Positions 17,460 through 25,566 of a stretch of DNA of 43,402 bases are shown piece by piece. Position numbers and translations under genes: made by a program. A model generated the notes under the pieces. It saw nothing but the letters and a program-made list of their open reading frames with translations. It was not told where the DNA came from and made no database searches. The stretch is taken from positions 1-43,402 of the forward strand of contig JASICF010000348.1 in the NCBI GenBank assembly GCA_030044775.1. The letters run 5' to 3'. Within the stretch, counting starts at the first letter, position 1. Each line of letters begins with the position of its first letter. Origin of the DNA: Candidatus Sulfotelmatobacter sp. Lineage in GTDB: Bacteria > Acidobacteriota > Terriglobia > Terriglobales > Acidobacteriaceae.

Positions 17460-19244
17460 ATGTGGGGGGATATGAAAAGACTTCTAGCGCTCTTGCTGAT
17501 CGTAAGCGCCACGGTTGCCTACGCGAACGATGCGAAGTTGTCGCCCGAACTGCAAAACTATCCATCGAACCAGCAGGCGCAGGTTATCGTGCAGTATGCG
17601 CCGGGAACCCAGCTGAGCTGCACCGGGTTGCTCGGTCTTGTCGACTGTCTCTTGAACGACATTGTGAATCTTGGCGGAACGATTCTCGGGCAATTGCCGA
17701 TCGTCAATGGGGTCGTCGCAGTACTGGATGGCAACGGTATCCAGAGCCTGTCCAATCAATCGAACGTGGTTTACATCAGCACGGACCGGCCGCTGAATTC
17801 ATCGGGGTTTAGCGATCAGGCGGTTGCGGTGAATGCACCTTTTGCATGGCAATCGGGTTACACCGGCGCCGGCATCGGCGTCGCCCTGATCGACAGCGGC
17901 GTCAGCAGCCATCCGGATCTCGACCTGGGAATTCTGCCGCTCTCGCGCGTCGTGTACTCCCAGTCGTTCGTTGTTGGAAACACGAGCACCACGGATCAAT
18001 TCGGGCACGGCACGCACGTCGCCGGACTCATCGCCGGAGACGGCCTCAGTTCGACCGGGCCGCTCTTTACTCAAACGTTTACAGGAATGGCGCCCAGCGC
18101 GAGCATCGTCAACCTGCGCGTCCTCGATCAGAATGGCGAAGGTACTGACAGCCTCGTAATCGCCGCCATCAGCCAGGCAATCTCCCTGAAATCGCGCTAC
18201 AACATTCGCGTGATCAATCTTTCTCTTGGCCGCGCGATTTACGAGAGCTACAAACTCGATCCTCTCTGCCAGGCGGCAGAGCAGGCGTGGAAGAATGGAA
18301 TCGTGGTGGTTGTAGCTGCGGGCAATAACGGGCGCTATCTGCCAACCGACGGTTACGCCACAGTCACCTCGCCGGGCAACGATCCTTACGTGATTACCGT
18401 TGGCGCGATGAAGCCCATGGGCACCCCCACGCGCACCGATGACCTCATCGCGAGCTATAGCTCAAAAGGTCCGACAGATGTGGATGCGGTAGTGAAACCC
18501 GACATCGTCGCTCCCGGCAACTTGCTGATCTCACTCGAAGCGCCGAACTCGACTTTGTTTTCCGAGTTCCCCGCTAATCAGGTGCCGTACAGCGAATACG
18601 TTGCGGGAGGGAGCAGCGCCATCTCTCCCACTTACTTCACGCTGAGCGGAACCAGCATGGCAACAGGTGTCGTCAGCGGACTTGTGGCGGATCTTTTGCA
18701 GAAAAGCCCGAGTCTCACGCCGGATCAAGTCAAGGCGCGGTTGATGCTGACCGCGTACAAGACTTTTCCGCAAAGCAGCAGCACGACCGATCCAACTACC
18801 GGCATCACTTACACCGATCAGTATGACGTGTTCACGATCGGCGCCGGCTATGTCGACATTCAAGCTGCTTTGGGAAGCACCGCAGTCGCGAAAGGCACGG
18901 CGATGTCTCCAATCGCGACCTTCAACTCAAACACCGATCAGGTTTTCATGACGGACGATCCTTCGGCGGTGTGGAACACGTCAACCACATGGTCGAATAC
19001 AGCCGTGTGGGGCGCGTCGCAGTTTGTCACCGGCACCACTGGCGCCGTCTCCAACGGAGCAAACGCCGCCAGCAACAGCCAGTTGGCGGGCAACGAAGCC
19101 CTGTGGGGATCGGAAGCGCTCTGGGGTTCGGAAGCCTTATGGGGCAGCGAAGCTCTATGGGGGAGTGAGGCACTTTGGGGCAGCGAAGCGCTGTGGGGCA
19201 GTGAAGCGCTCTGGGGCAGCGACTTCTCAGGCGGTGAAAACTAG
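17460..19244 (+). CDS. secreted S8 (subtilisin-family) serine peptidase with C-terminal hexapeptide repeat tail
   Basis: Signal peptide MKRLLALLLIVSATVAYA. Triad contexts ALIDSGV, HGTHVAG, SGTSMATG. The tail is (S/N)EALWG x7. The start may be the ATG 12 nt downstream. Confidence 0.9.
   Translation: MWGDMKRLLALLLIVSATVAYANDAKLSPELQNYPSNQQAQVIVQYAPGTQLSCTGLLGLVDCLLNDIVNLGGTILGQLPIVNGVVAVLDGNGIQSLSNQSNVVYISTDRPLNSSGFSDQAVAVNAPFAWQSGYTGAGIGVALIDSGVSSHPDLDLGILPLSRVVYSQSFVVGNTSTTDQFGHGTHVAGLIAGDGLSSTGPLFTQTFTGMAPSASIVNLRVLDQNGEGTDSLVIAAISQAISLKSRYNIRVINLSLGRAIYESYKLDPLCQAAEQAWKNGIVVVVAAGNNGRYLPTDGYATVTSPGNDPYVITVGAMKPMGTPTRTDDLIASYSSKGPTDVDAVVKPDIVAPGNLLISLEAPNSTLFSEFPANQVPYSEYVAGGSSAISPTYFTLSGTSMATGVVSGLVADLLQKSPSLTPDQVKARLMLTAYKTFPQSSSTTDPTTGITYTDQYDVFTIGAGYVDIQAALGSTAVAKGTAMSPIATFNSNTDQVFMTDDPSAVWNTSTTWSNTAVWGASQFVTGTTGAVSNGANAASNSQLAGNEALWGSEALWGSEALWGSEALWGSEALWGSEALWGSEALWGSDFSGGEN
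19092..19217 (+). repeat. in-frame 18-nt tandem repeat x7 encoding (N/S)EALWG
   Basis: Seven consecutive 18-nt units. The peptide is identical apart from the first residue, while the codons differ in almost every unit. Confidence 0.95.
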
Positions 19245-19276
19245 AAAGGTCAGCTTTAAGGTTCTAATTTAAAAAG

Positions 19277-19319
19277 AGAGGGGCCCAGACTCTTCAGGGA
19301 GCGGGCCCTTTTGCTTTTT
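19277..19319 (+). terminator. possible intrinsic terminator after the S8 gene
   Basis: GGGCCC (19281-86) ... GGGCCC (19303-08) followed by TTTTGCTTTTT. The loop is long (16 nt), so this is only moderately convincing. Confidence 0.45.
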
Positions 19320-19429
19320 CCGATTCCTCTGTCATTCCGATCCGGACGCAAGTCCGGAGAGGAACCTGCTTTTGCCCCCTCCAGAACATGCCGGTCGAGC
19401 ACCCCATTTTGCCGTAAAATGTTTCCAGC

Positions 19430-19506
19430 GCGCCCGTAGCTCAACTGGATAGAGCATCTGCCTTCGGAGCAGAGGGTTGGGAGTTCGAGTCTCTCCGGGC
19501 GCACCA
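19430..19506 (+). tRNA. tRNA-Arg (anticodon UCG)
   Basis: Hand-folded cloverleaf. Acceptor GCGCCCG/CGGGCGC. D arm GCTC..GAGC. Anticodon stem TCTGC/GCAGA with loop CTTCGGA. T arm GGGAG-TTCGAGT-CTCTC. Discriminator A. Encoded CCA. Confidence 0.93.
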
Positions 19507-19721
19507 CTCGGCCAGCGATCCTTCGCCGAAAGAAGGCTCAGGATTTCGTCTGCGGGCTCACGCCCGCAAGTCGCCTCAAGTTCCGACTTGAAAGATTTCG
19601 GTTTGCGGATGCGTCAGGGTGATAGCCGGAAGGCGTTTAATTTTCAGGCGGGGCGTCCTGACGAGCGAGTCTGTTACACTGAAAAACCTAAATCCCCTAA
19701 AACCAAGGAGACTGTCAGAGT

Positions 19722-19991
19722 ATGTCGAAAAAACTCATGAACGCGGTGTTCTGCCTGATGTTGTTGTGCACTGGCCTGACGCTGGCTCAAGAGCCGGTGC
19801 AGAACGTTGACCCCCAGAGGCATCCCAATTTGGCGGAAGCGCAGCACCTCATTGCGAAGGCTAACGATGCCATCAGAGCCGCTCAGAAAGACAACAGGTA
19901 CGATATGCACCACCATGCGCAGAATGCACGGGACCTTTTGGCCCAGGCAGCGAACGAACTGAAGAGTGCAGCCTTGGACGCCAATCGCTAA
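19722..19991 (+). CDS. small secreted helical protein, unknown function
   Basis: 89 aa. AAGGAG SD 9 nt upstream. Signal peptide MSKKLMNAVFCLMLLCTGLTLAQEP. Confidence 0.6.
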   Translation: MSKKLMNAVFCLMLLCTGLTLAQEPVQNVDPQRHPNLAEAQHLIAKANDAIRAAQKDNRYDMHHHAQNARDLLAQAANELKSAALDANR

Positions 19992-20337
19992 TAAAAGATC
20001 ATCCGGTCAGTACATCTTCCAATGTCCTGCCGTCTTTGGGCGGGGGTGCGCGGGCGTGGCGCGTGTGCCAGCTTGCACGAGGACGTTGGCATAATCGCGC
20101 CGGAGCGCGTCCGCGCGATTTGATGCGGGATGCTGATAACGCACGCAGGGTTTCCTGCTCTCCAAAAACTCACCCTCATCTCTGACCGCTTCGCGGCGAG
20201 CGACTGGAGAATTATGACTTCGCTGGAAATGTGATTGGATCAGACAAAACAACTCAGTGCGCGCGGAAAAAGACACCGCATCGTCGAGTTCGCGCGGGGG
20301 ACGAGCATTCCGTGCAATCGCTCTGCAGGCGATCCTA

Positions 20338-20733
20338 TTACACCGCTGTTTGCCCTTCGTGAAAATACGTCTCGCCGCGCAGAACAGCTTCCACTGCTTT
20401 CACCAGCGATGTCGTATCCGCCTTCTGCACCAGTCCGCGGATTCCCGCCTTTTTGGCTTCCTCTTCCAACTGCGGCGAAGGATAGATGGTGACCATCAGC
20501 ACCGGCGACTCCGGATGCTGTCTGGAGAGATTCCGTCCTGCTTCCAGTCCACTCATCACCGGCATTACAAAATCCAGCACCGTGATGCTGGGAGCATGTT
20601 CCTCCCACCTTTGGATCGCACGCAGCCCGTCTTCGGCTTCACCCACGACTTTCCACTCGTTCCGGTTCTCCAGCACAGCACGAAGGTGAGCTCTCACCAC
20701 CGCATTGTCTTCCACTAGGAAAATACGTACCAC
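20338..20733 (-). CDS. stand-alone receiver-domain response regulator
   Basis: IFLVEDNAVV ... ITVLDFVMPVMSG ... VLMVTIY ... GLVQKAD. The GTG at 20733 is my guess for the start. The track ORF extends to 20883. Confidence 0.8.
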   Translation of the reverse strand: MVRIFLVEDNAVVRAHLRAVLENRNEWKVVGEAEDGLRAIQRWEEHAPSITVLDFVMPVMSGLEAGRNLSRQHPESPVLMVTIYPSPQLEEEAKKAGIRGLVQKADTTSLVKAVEAVLRGETYFHEGQTAV

Positions 20734-21139
20734 GCCCGGTTCATTCTCCTCAAATAGTTTGACGATAGCGGCCGTCGCCTGAGGTTGGCGCCCACCTCCG
20801 GTAAAAACTAACCTATTCGCTTGGCGGCCGACTGGCCATACTGCTGGCACCCGATTGCCCGTCAAAGATTCAAGAGCACACACTCACTTGGCCTAGGCGA
20901 TATACCCGAGTTGCCGCGCGTCACACCGGAGATTTCAAGAAGATAATGCGAATCTTCCAACGGAAATACTGCGGACACCGGAGAAAAGTCGACCGCGATA
21001 AAGAGAAGGAACCGAACTCCTCTGGGAAACATGAACTGCAGGAAGCTGTGAACTGAAGAAAGATGTACACAGGAGGAAAATGTGAAGTGAAGAAGGAGAG
21101 CCGTTTACCCGCTCTGTAAATGCGAGCAGTTGCCAATCC

Positions 21140-21838
21140 CTACCCGCGTACGCTGATCTTTGAAAACGACAGCACTGCGCGCGACGAAATCGGATGCCCC
21201 ATCGACATTGCTGGACGGAACGTTGTGAAGATCAGCATCCGTTTTACTTCGGGAAGAAGCTGCTGCGACACGCCTGGATCCGAAAGAATTCTGTAATCGT
21301 CCACTCGTCCACGCTGATCCACATATGCCTCGATCACCAGCGAATCCGCATTGATGGAACTCAGATTCGTGCCAAACGCACTCTGCTCGAGCTCCGGCCC
21401 GGTATTTAGCACCAACGGCACATCCTGAGTATTGGCCTGCAACTGTCCTGGCATCGCCAGAATCGCCGTGACAATCCCAAAAATCAGCAGCGCACAAACC
21501 AGCCCGGCCGTCGCCGGGACCATAAACGCGCTCAGGGTGTCTTCCAGGCGGAGCCGCAATCCCTCATACCGGCCGCGTCGCGAGATTGCTGCCTCGCGCG
21601 AAATCGCCAAACGCAGCTTCAATCCCAGATCGGCCGGCTCCATCACCCGGCCCAGATTCGTCAGCATCTGTTGCGCCTGCTGCAACCCGCGATACTCGCC
21701 CATGCACGGCGCGCAAACATCGAGATGTTCCCGCAGCGCGCGCATCTCCGTTCCTGTGACCATCCCATCCAGGTAAGGAGACAGCAACGCCTTCGCTTTC
21801 TCGCACTGCATCGTCTCTTTTTCCGCCGCATACTTCAT
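21140..21838 (-). CDS. anti-sigma factor (zf-HC2 type, single-pass membrane)
   Basis: N-terminal H-x3-C-x2-C (REHLDVCAPC). One TM helix (GLVCALLIFGIVTAILAM). 4-bp overlap with the upstream ECF sigma gene. Confidence 0.8.
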   Translation of the reverse strand: MKYAAEKETMQCEKAKALLSPYLDGMVTGTEMRALREHLDVCAPCMGEYRGLQQAQQMLTNLGRVMEPADLGLKLRLAISREAAISRRGRYEGLRLRLEDTLSAFMVPATAGLVCALLIFGIVTAILAMPGQLQANTQDVPLVLNTGPELEQSAFGTNLSSINADSLVIEAYVDQRGRVDDYRILSDPGVSQQLLPEVKRMLIFTTFRPAMSMGHPISSRAVLSFSKISVRG

Positions 21839-22575
21839 GGCGTCACCTCGACCCTTCTACCCCCGCCGTTGATACGCGAACCCAGGCTCTCTTTCTCGGC
21901 TGAATCGTTCAACCCCAACTCCCCGCCAAAGTCTCGCGCATACGGCGCCAGCCGTTCCTTCAAGGCTTGCCGCCCGCGCGTCAATCTCGATTTCACTGTG
22001 CCCAGCGAGACCTGCAGCACCTCGGCAATCTCTTCGTACGACATATCTTCCAGGTCGCGCAAAATCAGCGTCGTACGGTAGGGCTCGGCCACGCGCCGCA
22101 ACTCGCGATCCACTCGCTGACTCACTTCCCGTTGCGCTACGTTGTCAAACGGAGAATGATGGCGATCGGTAAGCGCGCTTCGCATCGCGTCCTTCCCGTT
22201 CACCGCATCTTCCGATTCCGCTGGCTCGATCGGAGTTTCCTGCGCTTTATGCCGGAACCACCACCGTCTCCGGTTCGCCGCTTCATGCAGCGCAATGCGG
22301 TAGATCCACGTCTTCAAGCTCGATTCGCCGTTGAAGTGTTTCATCCCGCGGAATACTTTCAGGAACACTTCCTGGGTCGTGTCGGCCGCGTCAGCCGGAT
22401 CGCTCACTACGCGATAAACCAGACCATACACGGGACGCTGGAACTCTCCGATCAGCCAGGCATATGCCTCTTCCGATCCTGCCTTGAGCGCGGCAACAAT
22501 GGCCGACTCTTCCGATCGGACTCCGATTGCACTCGCCAGTTCTCCCAGTGTCCCCGCTCCAGCCATTCCGCACAT
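21835..22575 (-). CDS. ECF-type RNA polymerase sigma-70 family factor
   Basis: Region 2 (DTTQEVFLKVFR..., IYRIALHEAANRRR) and region 4 (LILRDLEDMSYEEIAEVLQVSLGTVKSRLTRGRQAL). Confidence 0.9.
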   Translation of the reverse strand: MCGMAGAGTLGELASAIGVRSEESAIVAALKAGSEEAYAWLIGEFQRPVYGLVYRVVSDPADAADTTQEVFLKVFRGMKHFNGESSLKTWIYRIALHEAANRRRWWFRHKAQETPIEPAESEDAVNGKDAMRSALTDRHHSPFDNVAQREVSQRVDRELRRVAEPYRTTLILRDLEDMSYEEIAEVLQVSLGTVKSRLTRGRQALKERLAPYARDFGGELGLNDSAEKESLGSRINGGGRRVEVTP

Positions 22576-22657
22576 CCCCTGTACTGACCCAATTATAGGT
22601 TTTCCACCTCAGCGGCAGGTAAAAATATTCCTCGAATCATGGCGGCGTCTACCTGAC

Positions 22658-22686
22658 ATAGACCCCGGACCAGTCTCCGAAGTTCC
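22658..22686 (-). promoter_or_regulatory. candidate ECF (RpoE-like) autoregulatory promoter
   Basis: The minus strand reads GGAACTT - 17 nt - TCTAT, about 75 nt upstream of the sigma-factor ATG. This resembles GGAACTT-N16-TCnaA. Confidence 0.4.
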
Positions 22687-23106
22687 CGCTCTAAGTCGTT
22701 TATTTGCTTTCGGTAACTCCCCACGGTAACCCCGCCTCAGCCGCTGCCCGGCGTGCCAAAAACGAATGGATAGTCTCCCACGCTTCGCCGACTCCAGTTG
22801 CGGGAATGGAAACGAATGGTCGCCGCCCCGAATCACGCGTCTACACTTTCGGTCGCGGGGGATGAAGCGCTGCACAGGCTAGAATGGCGGCGACCGTGTG
22901 TCGGGACCCTACACCGTTTCCGCCGACGGTAAGAGACTCGTGATGAACACCGTTCTTCCGCAATCCATCGCCGAAACCGCTCACCCTGATCACCGATGGC
23001 CAGCTGACTTGAAACAGTGACCCTCGCTCGCGGGGAGTTCACACAGAATTGTTCTGGCGTGCGTTGATCGGTCTAGAGTTGACGGGCAAACGGCAACCTC
23101 TGTCCC

Positions 23107-23517
23107 CTACGCCGTCGTCTGCTTCGCGCGTTGCCCCGCCAGTTTGCCAACGATCGCTCGCAATTCCTCTAGCAATCGCTCTGATCCCTTATCCAGTTCA
23201 AGCGCCGACTTTTCCAGAAAGGCGGCAGCTCCGTCTTCCTGCAGCCGTGCGGCATTCTTCTGCGTCATCCCCGTGATCACCACGACCGGAATCGCTTTCG
23301 TGGACGCATCTTTTTTCAACGCTCTCAGCACATCCGGCCCGCTGATTTTCGGCAAAAGCATATCCAGCAAAATCAGATCCGGCAGTTTGCTCTGCGCGGC
23401 GCGCAGCGCTTCTTCGCCGTCGCCCGCGGTGCACACTTCATAGCCCGCGCGTGCCAACGCGCGCTCGGTCGCCAACCGTAAGAACTTGCTGTCTTCCACC
23501 AGCAGGATCTTCGTCAC
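23107..23517 (-). CDS. stand-alone CheY-like response regulator
   Basis: KILLVEDSKF ... DLILLDMLLPKISG ... VVVITGM ... FLEKS. Confidence 0.9.
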   Translation of the reverse strand: MTKILLVEDSKFLRLATERALARAGYEVCTAGDGEEALRAAQSKLPDLILLDMLLPKISGPDVLRALKKDASTKAIPVVVITGMTQKNAARLQEDGAAAFLEKSALELDKGSERLLEELRAIVGKLAGQRAKQTTA

Positions 23518-23654
23518 CGATCATCCTCCGCTGTAATTCCAAGTTGCTCAGGGGGCCAGTCACGCCGATCCCAGGCGTGAACCGCTTACTCATCTTATCG
23601 GCAACTTTTTATTTCACAGCAGACCGGAGAATGGTTTACGCGACCTTCCCGAAC

Positions 23655-24233
23655 TTACAATTTGAGTTTGCTAAGAAACTCGGCTTCTCTCATCACTGCC
23701 TTCACCGCTCCACTGAATACCCTTTTCGCCTCCGGGGCCTCTTCCGGCGGAATCGACTTATCGATAAGCAGCATCGCCGCTCCGTGCCCGAGCATCCACA
23801 AGGCCAGCAGCATCCGTTCTCGGGTCTTCTCCGTCCCTCCAAGCCTGTTCTGCAGTTTTCCATTCATGACGGCGCGCGCCGGCCGCTCCACCTCCGCGCT
23901 CGCCCGTGGCGAATGATCCAGCTCGTAATTATGCTGGAAGAAGAGCTCATAGTCCCAGGGATGTTCGAGCGCATATTCAAGATATTTCTCGCACGCTTCC
24001 TCGACTGTGGCCGCCCGGTCCACTTCGGCGGCGATCTCATACCGGACTCGGCGCAGCATTCCCCTCAGCAGATCGTCGCGGTCCCGAAATCGCCGGTACA
24101 CCGCCGGCGTGTTCGTTCCCGCTTCGCGTGCCACGGCGCGCATGGTCAAACTGCCCGCACCGCCTTTTCTCCAGAGTTTGCGGGCAGCTGCCAGTATTTT
24201 TCCCTCCAGTTCAGGATCCGATGGCCGCGCCAC
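23655..24233 (-). CDS. TetR/AcrR-family transcriptional regulator
   Basis: N-terminal HTH LTMRAVAREAGTNTPAVYRRFRDRDDLL. The GTG at 24233 is preceded by GGGAGGGG. The first 30 codons of the track ORF lie in AT-rich promoter DNA. Confidence 0.85.
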   Translation of the reverse strand: MARPSDPELEGKILAAARKLWRKGGAGSLTMRAVAREAGTNTPAVYRRFRDRDDLLRGMLRRVRYEIAAEVDRAATVEEACEKYLEYALEHPWDYELFFQHNYELDHSPRASAEVERPARAVMNGKLQNRLGGTEKTRERMLLALWMLGHGAAMLLIDKSIPPEEAPEAKRVFSGAVKAVMREAEFLSKLKL

Positions 24234-24274
24234 ATTCCCCTCCCAGGTATAAATTGTGTTTGTTATGTATACAC

Positions 24275-24359
24275 CGTAACTATAACATTGTACAGGAAAT
24301 AAAAACATTAATATTAAACGCATTTAATTATGTTGACATCGTAGATGTAACATTGTATA
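24275..24359. promoter_or_regulatory. two 20-bp direct repeats (candidate operators) in the TetR divergent intergenic region
   Basis: CGTAACTATAACATTGTACA (24275-24294) and CGTAGATGTAACATTGTATA (24340-24359), 16/20 identical. The second overlaps the spacer and -10 of the + strand promoter. Confidence 0.5.
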
Positions 24360-24361
24360 AA
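24333..24361 (+). promoter_or_regulatory. sigma-70-type promoter for the 24416 gene
   Basis: TTGACA (24333-38) - 17 nt - TATAAA (24356-61), in a roughly 170-bp stretch that is strikingly AT-rich for this window. Confidence 0.55.
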
Positions 24362-24415
24362 TAATTCAATTCCGCCTGTGGGAAAATCTTCATATTGTGG
24401 GAGCCTTAAAAACTT

Positions 24416-25204
24416 ATGTTGTCCTGGGATAACCCTGGCGATCGGGTTGCGATTGCCCAGATGAATTCCGAGCTGCAGCACGCCCAGCTCGAGTTGCTCA
24501 GCGCTCACTGCGCTTCTCACCAGTTGCGGCTGCGCTTTACGGTCGACGATCTCGCACGCTTCGGCCGCCGCGACATTCTGCGCAAGTCGCTCGAAGCCGC
24601 CGCCTCGCTCAATGCGTATTACTCCTCCATCGAGGCGAAAATTCCGCAAGCCGCTGAGGCCGTCGAATCCGCTTCCCTGACCGAAGGCCAAGTCCGCGAA
24701 GCCGTTAATCTGCTTGCGTCCTATTTGCGCGAGCAGAGCGAGTACTACATGCGGGTCGCCGTCCCTCTCAGCAACCTGCAGAAAGCCGCCATGTGGCCTT
24801 ATTTTTCGGCGGTGGTGCTGGACCGCGCGCGGGTCGTCGAACTCAAGGGCCAGCGCGTTCCCAATCCGCCGTTCTACGAGCGGGCCCGCGCCCTCGGCAT
24901 TACCAATCTCCCCGAGTGGACTCATATGGACTCGCTCACCTTGGGCGACGTTATCCTCTTCAACGAGAAACTCAGCGAGCGCGCCCTGTTTCACGGGCTG
25001 GTGCACGTCATTCAATCCGAACTGCTCGGGATTGAGCGGTACAGTGAGCTGTTCATTCGCGGTTTTCTCGCCACAAAACATCATTTTTCCGTGCCGCTCG
25101 AAGCGCACGCCTTTTCCCTGGAATCGAAATTCGGCGCCAACCCCTCCGACCGCTTTTCCGTCGAAGACCGCGTGCGCCTGTGGGTTCACCAGGGCCGTTA
25201 CTAA
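24416..25204 (+). CDS. hypothetical protein with a DUF4157-like (degenerate zincin) C-terminal segment
   Basis: 262 aa. SLTLGDVILFNEKLSERALFHGLVHVIQ resembles the DUF4157 block (...TxGxxIxF......LLAHELxHVxQ) but has G in place of the catalytic E. Preceded by a strong promoter and followed by a strong terminator. Confidence 0.6.
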   Translation: MLSWDNPGDRVAIAQMNSELQHAQLELLSAHCASHQLRLRFTVDDLARFGRRDILRKSLEAAASLNAYYSSIEAKIPQAAEAVESASLTEGQVREAVNLLASYLREQSEYYMRVAVPLSNLQKAAMWPYFSAVVLDRARVVELKGQRVPNPPFYERARALGITNLPEWTHMDSLTLGDVILFNEKLSERALFHGLVHVIQSELLGIERYSELFIRGFLATKHHFSVPLEAHAFSLESKFGANPSDRFSVEDRVRLWVHQGRY

Positions 25205-25326
25205 GAACCGTTTCCAAGGGCATTCCGGAGCGGCAGCTCCGGATACGCGGGCCCTCCCCCGCGGGTCTCCGGACGACACCCACACGTTCGGAGACTTCAA
25301 AATTTCTTTTTCCCCCACGCAACAAA

Positions 25327-25356
25327 GGGACGGCGCAAGCCGTCCCCGCTTTTTGC
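25327..25356 (+). terminator. intrinsic terminator
   Basis: GGGACGGC-GCAA-GCCGTCCC followed by CGCTTTTTGCTT. Confidence 0.7.
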
Positions 25357-25497
25357 TTCCGATCAGATGTTGCTTATCGAGAATTGATTTCCAAGATCGT
25401 TTGCTTCCGGCGGTTTGGCGGCGTAATCGTCCGCGCATGCCTGAATAGTCAAAGTCTCGCGCGGTTTTTCTCCTCGCAACAGATACCGGGCTTCCCA

Positions 25498-25566
25498 GGT
25501 TGCCCCACGTTTTCGCTCGGGTTGCGGGTTGCCCCGCCCTTTCGCCCGCTTTTGGCGGAGGGTAGG
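25498..25566 (+). repeat. REP-like structured repeat, copy A
   Basis: GGTTGCCCCA...GGTTGCCCCGCCCTTTCGCCCGCTTTTGGCGGAGGGTAGG. Same architecture as copy B. Confidence 0.6.

Noticed and set aside
17041-17812. Apparent 1-nt disagreement between my hand-counted positions and the ORF-track coordinates in this interval
   Set aside because: Track coordinates are internally consistent (ORF lengths divisible by 3). They agree with my counts everywhere else I tested (130, 7446, 15141, 15367, 16874, 19024, 19507, 24323, 26868, 42747). I attribute the discrepancy to a reading or counting slip in a G/C run near 17100, not to a frameshift. I used track coordinates for the genes. Motif positions between about 17100 and about 17800 may be off by 1.
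19092-19217. Tandem repeat as a possible CRISPR or minisatellite
   Set aside because: The units are 18 nt with no spacers, in frame within the S8 protease CDS. It is a coding peptide repeat. No CRISPR-like array (repeat-spacer periodicity of about 60-70 bp) was seen anywhere in the window.
19430-19506. tRNA-Arg as an integration site for a genomic island
   Set aside because: No integrase, no duplicated tRNA 3' end, and no compositional break were seen in the following 5 kb. The neighbouring genes are ordinary regulators.
22576-23106. Housekeeping ncRNA (RNase P RNA, tmRNA, 6S, SRP RNA) in the 530-bp gap
   Set aside because: No GGAAAGUCCGG or ACAGAACCCGGCUUA (RNase P), no tRNA-like 3' end with a tag ORF (tmRNA), and no SRP GGAA-tetraloop domain were found on either strand. 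A GGUAAGAG string at about 22928 is an isolated match.
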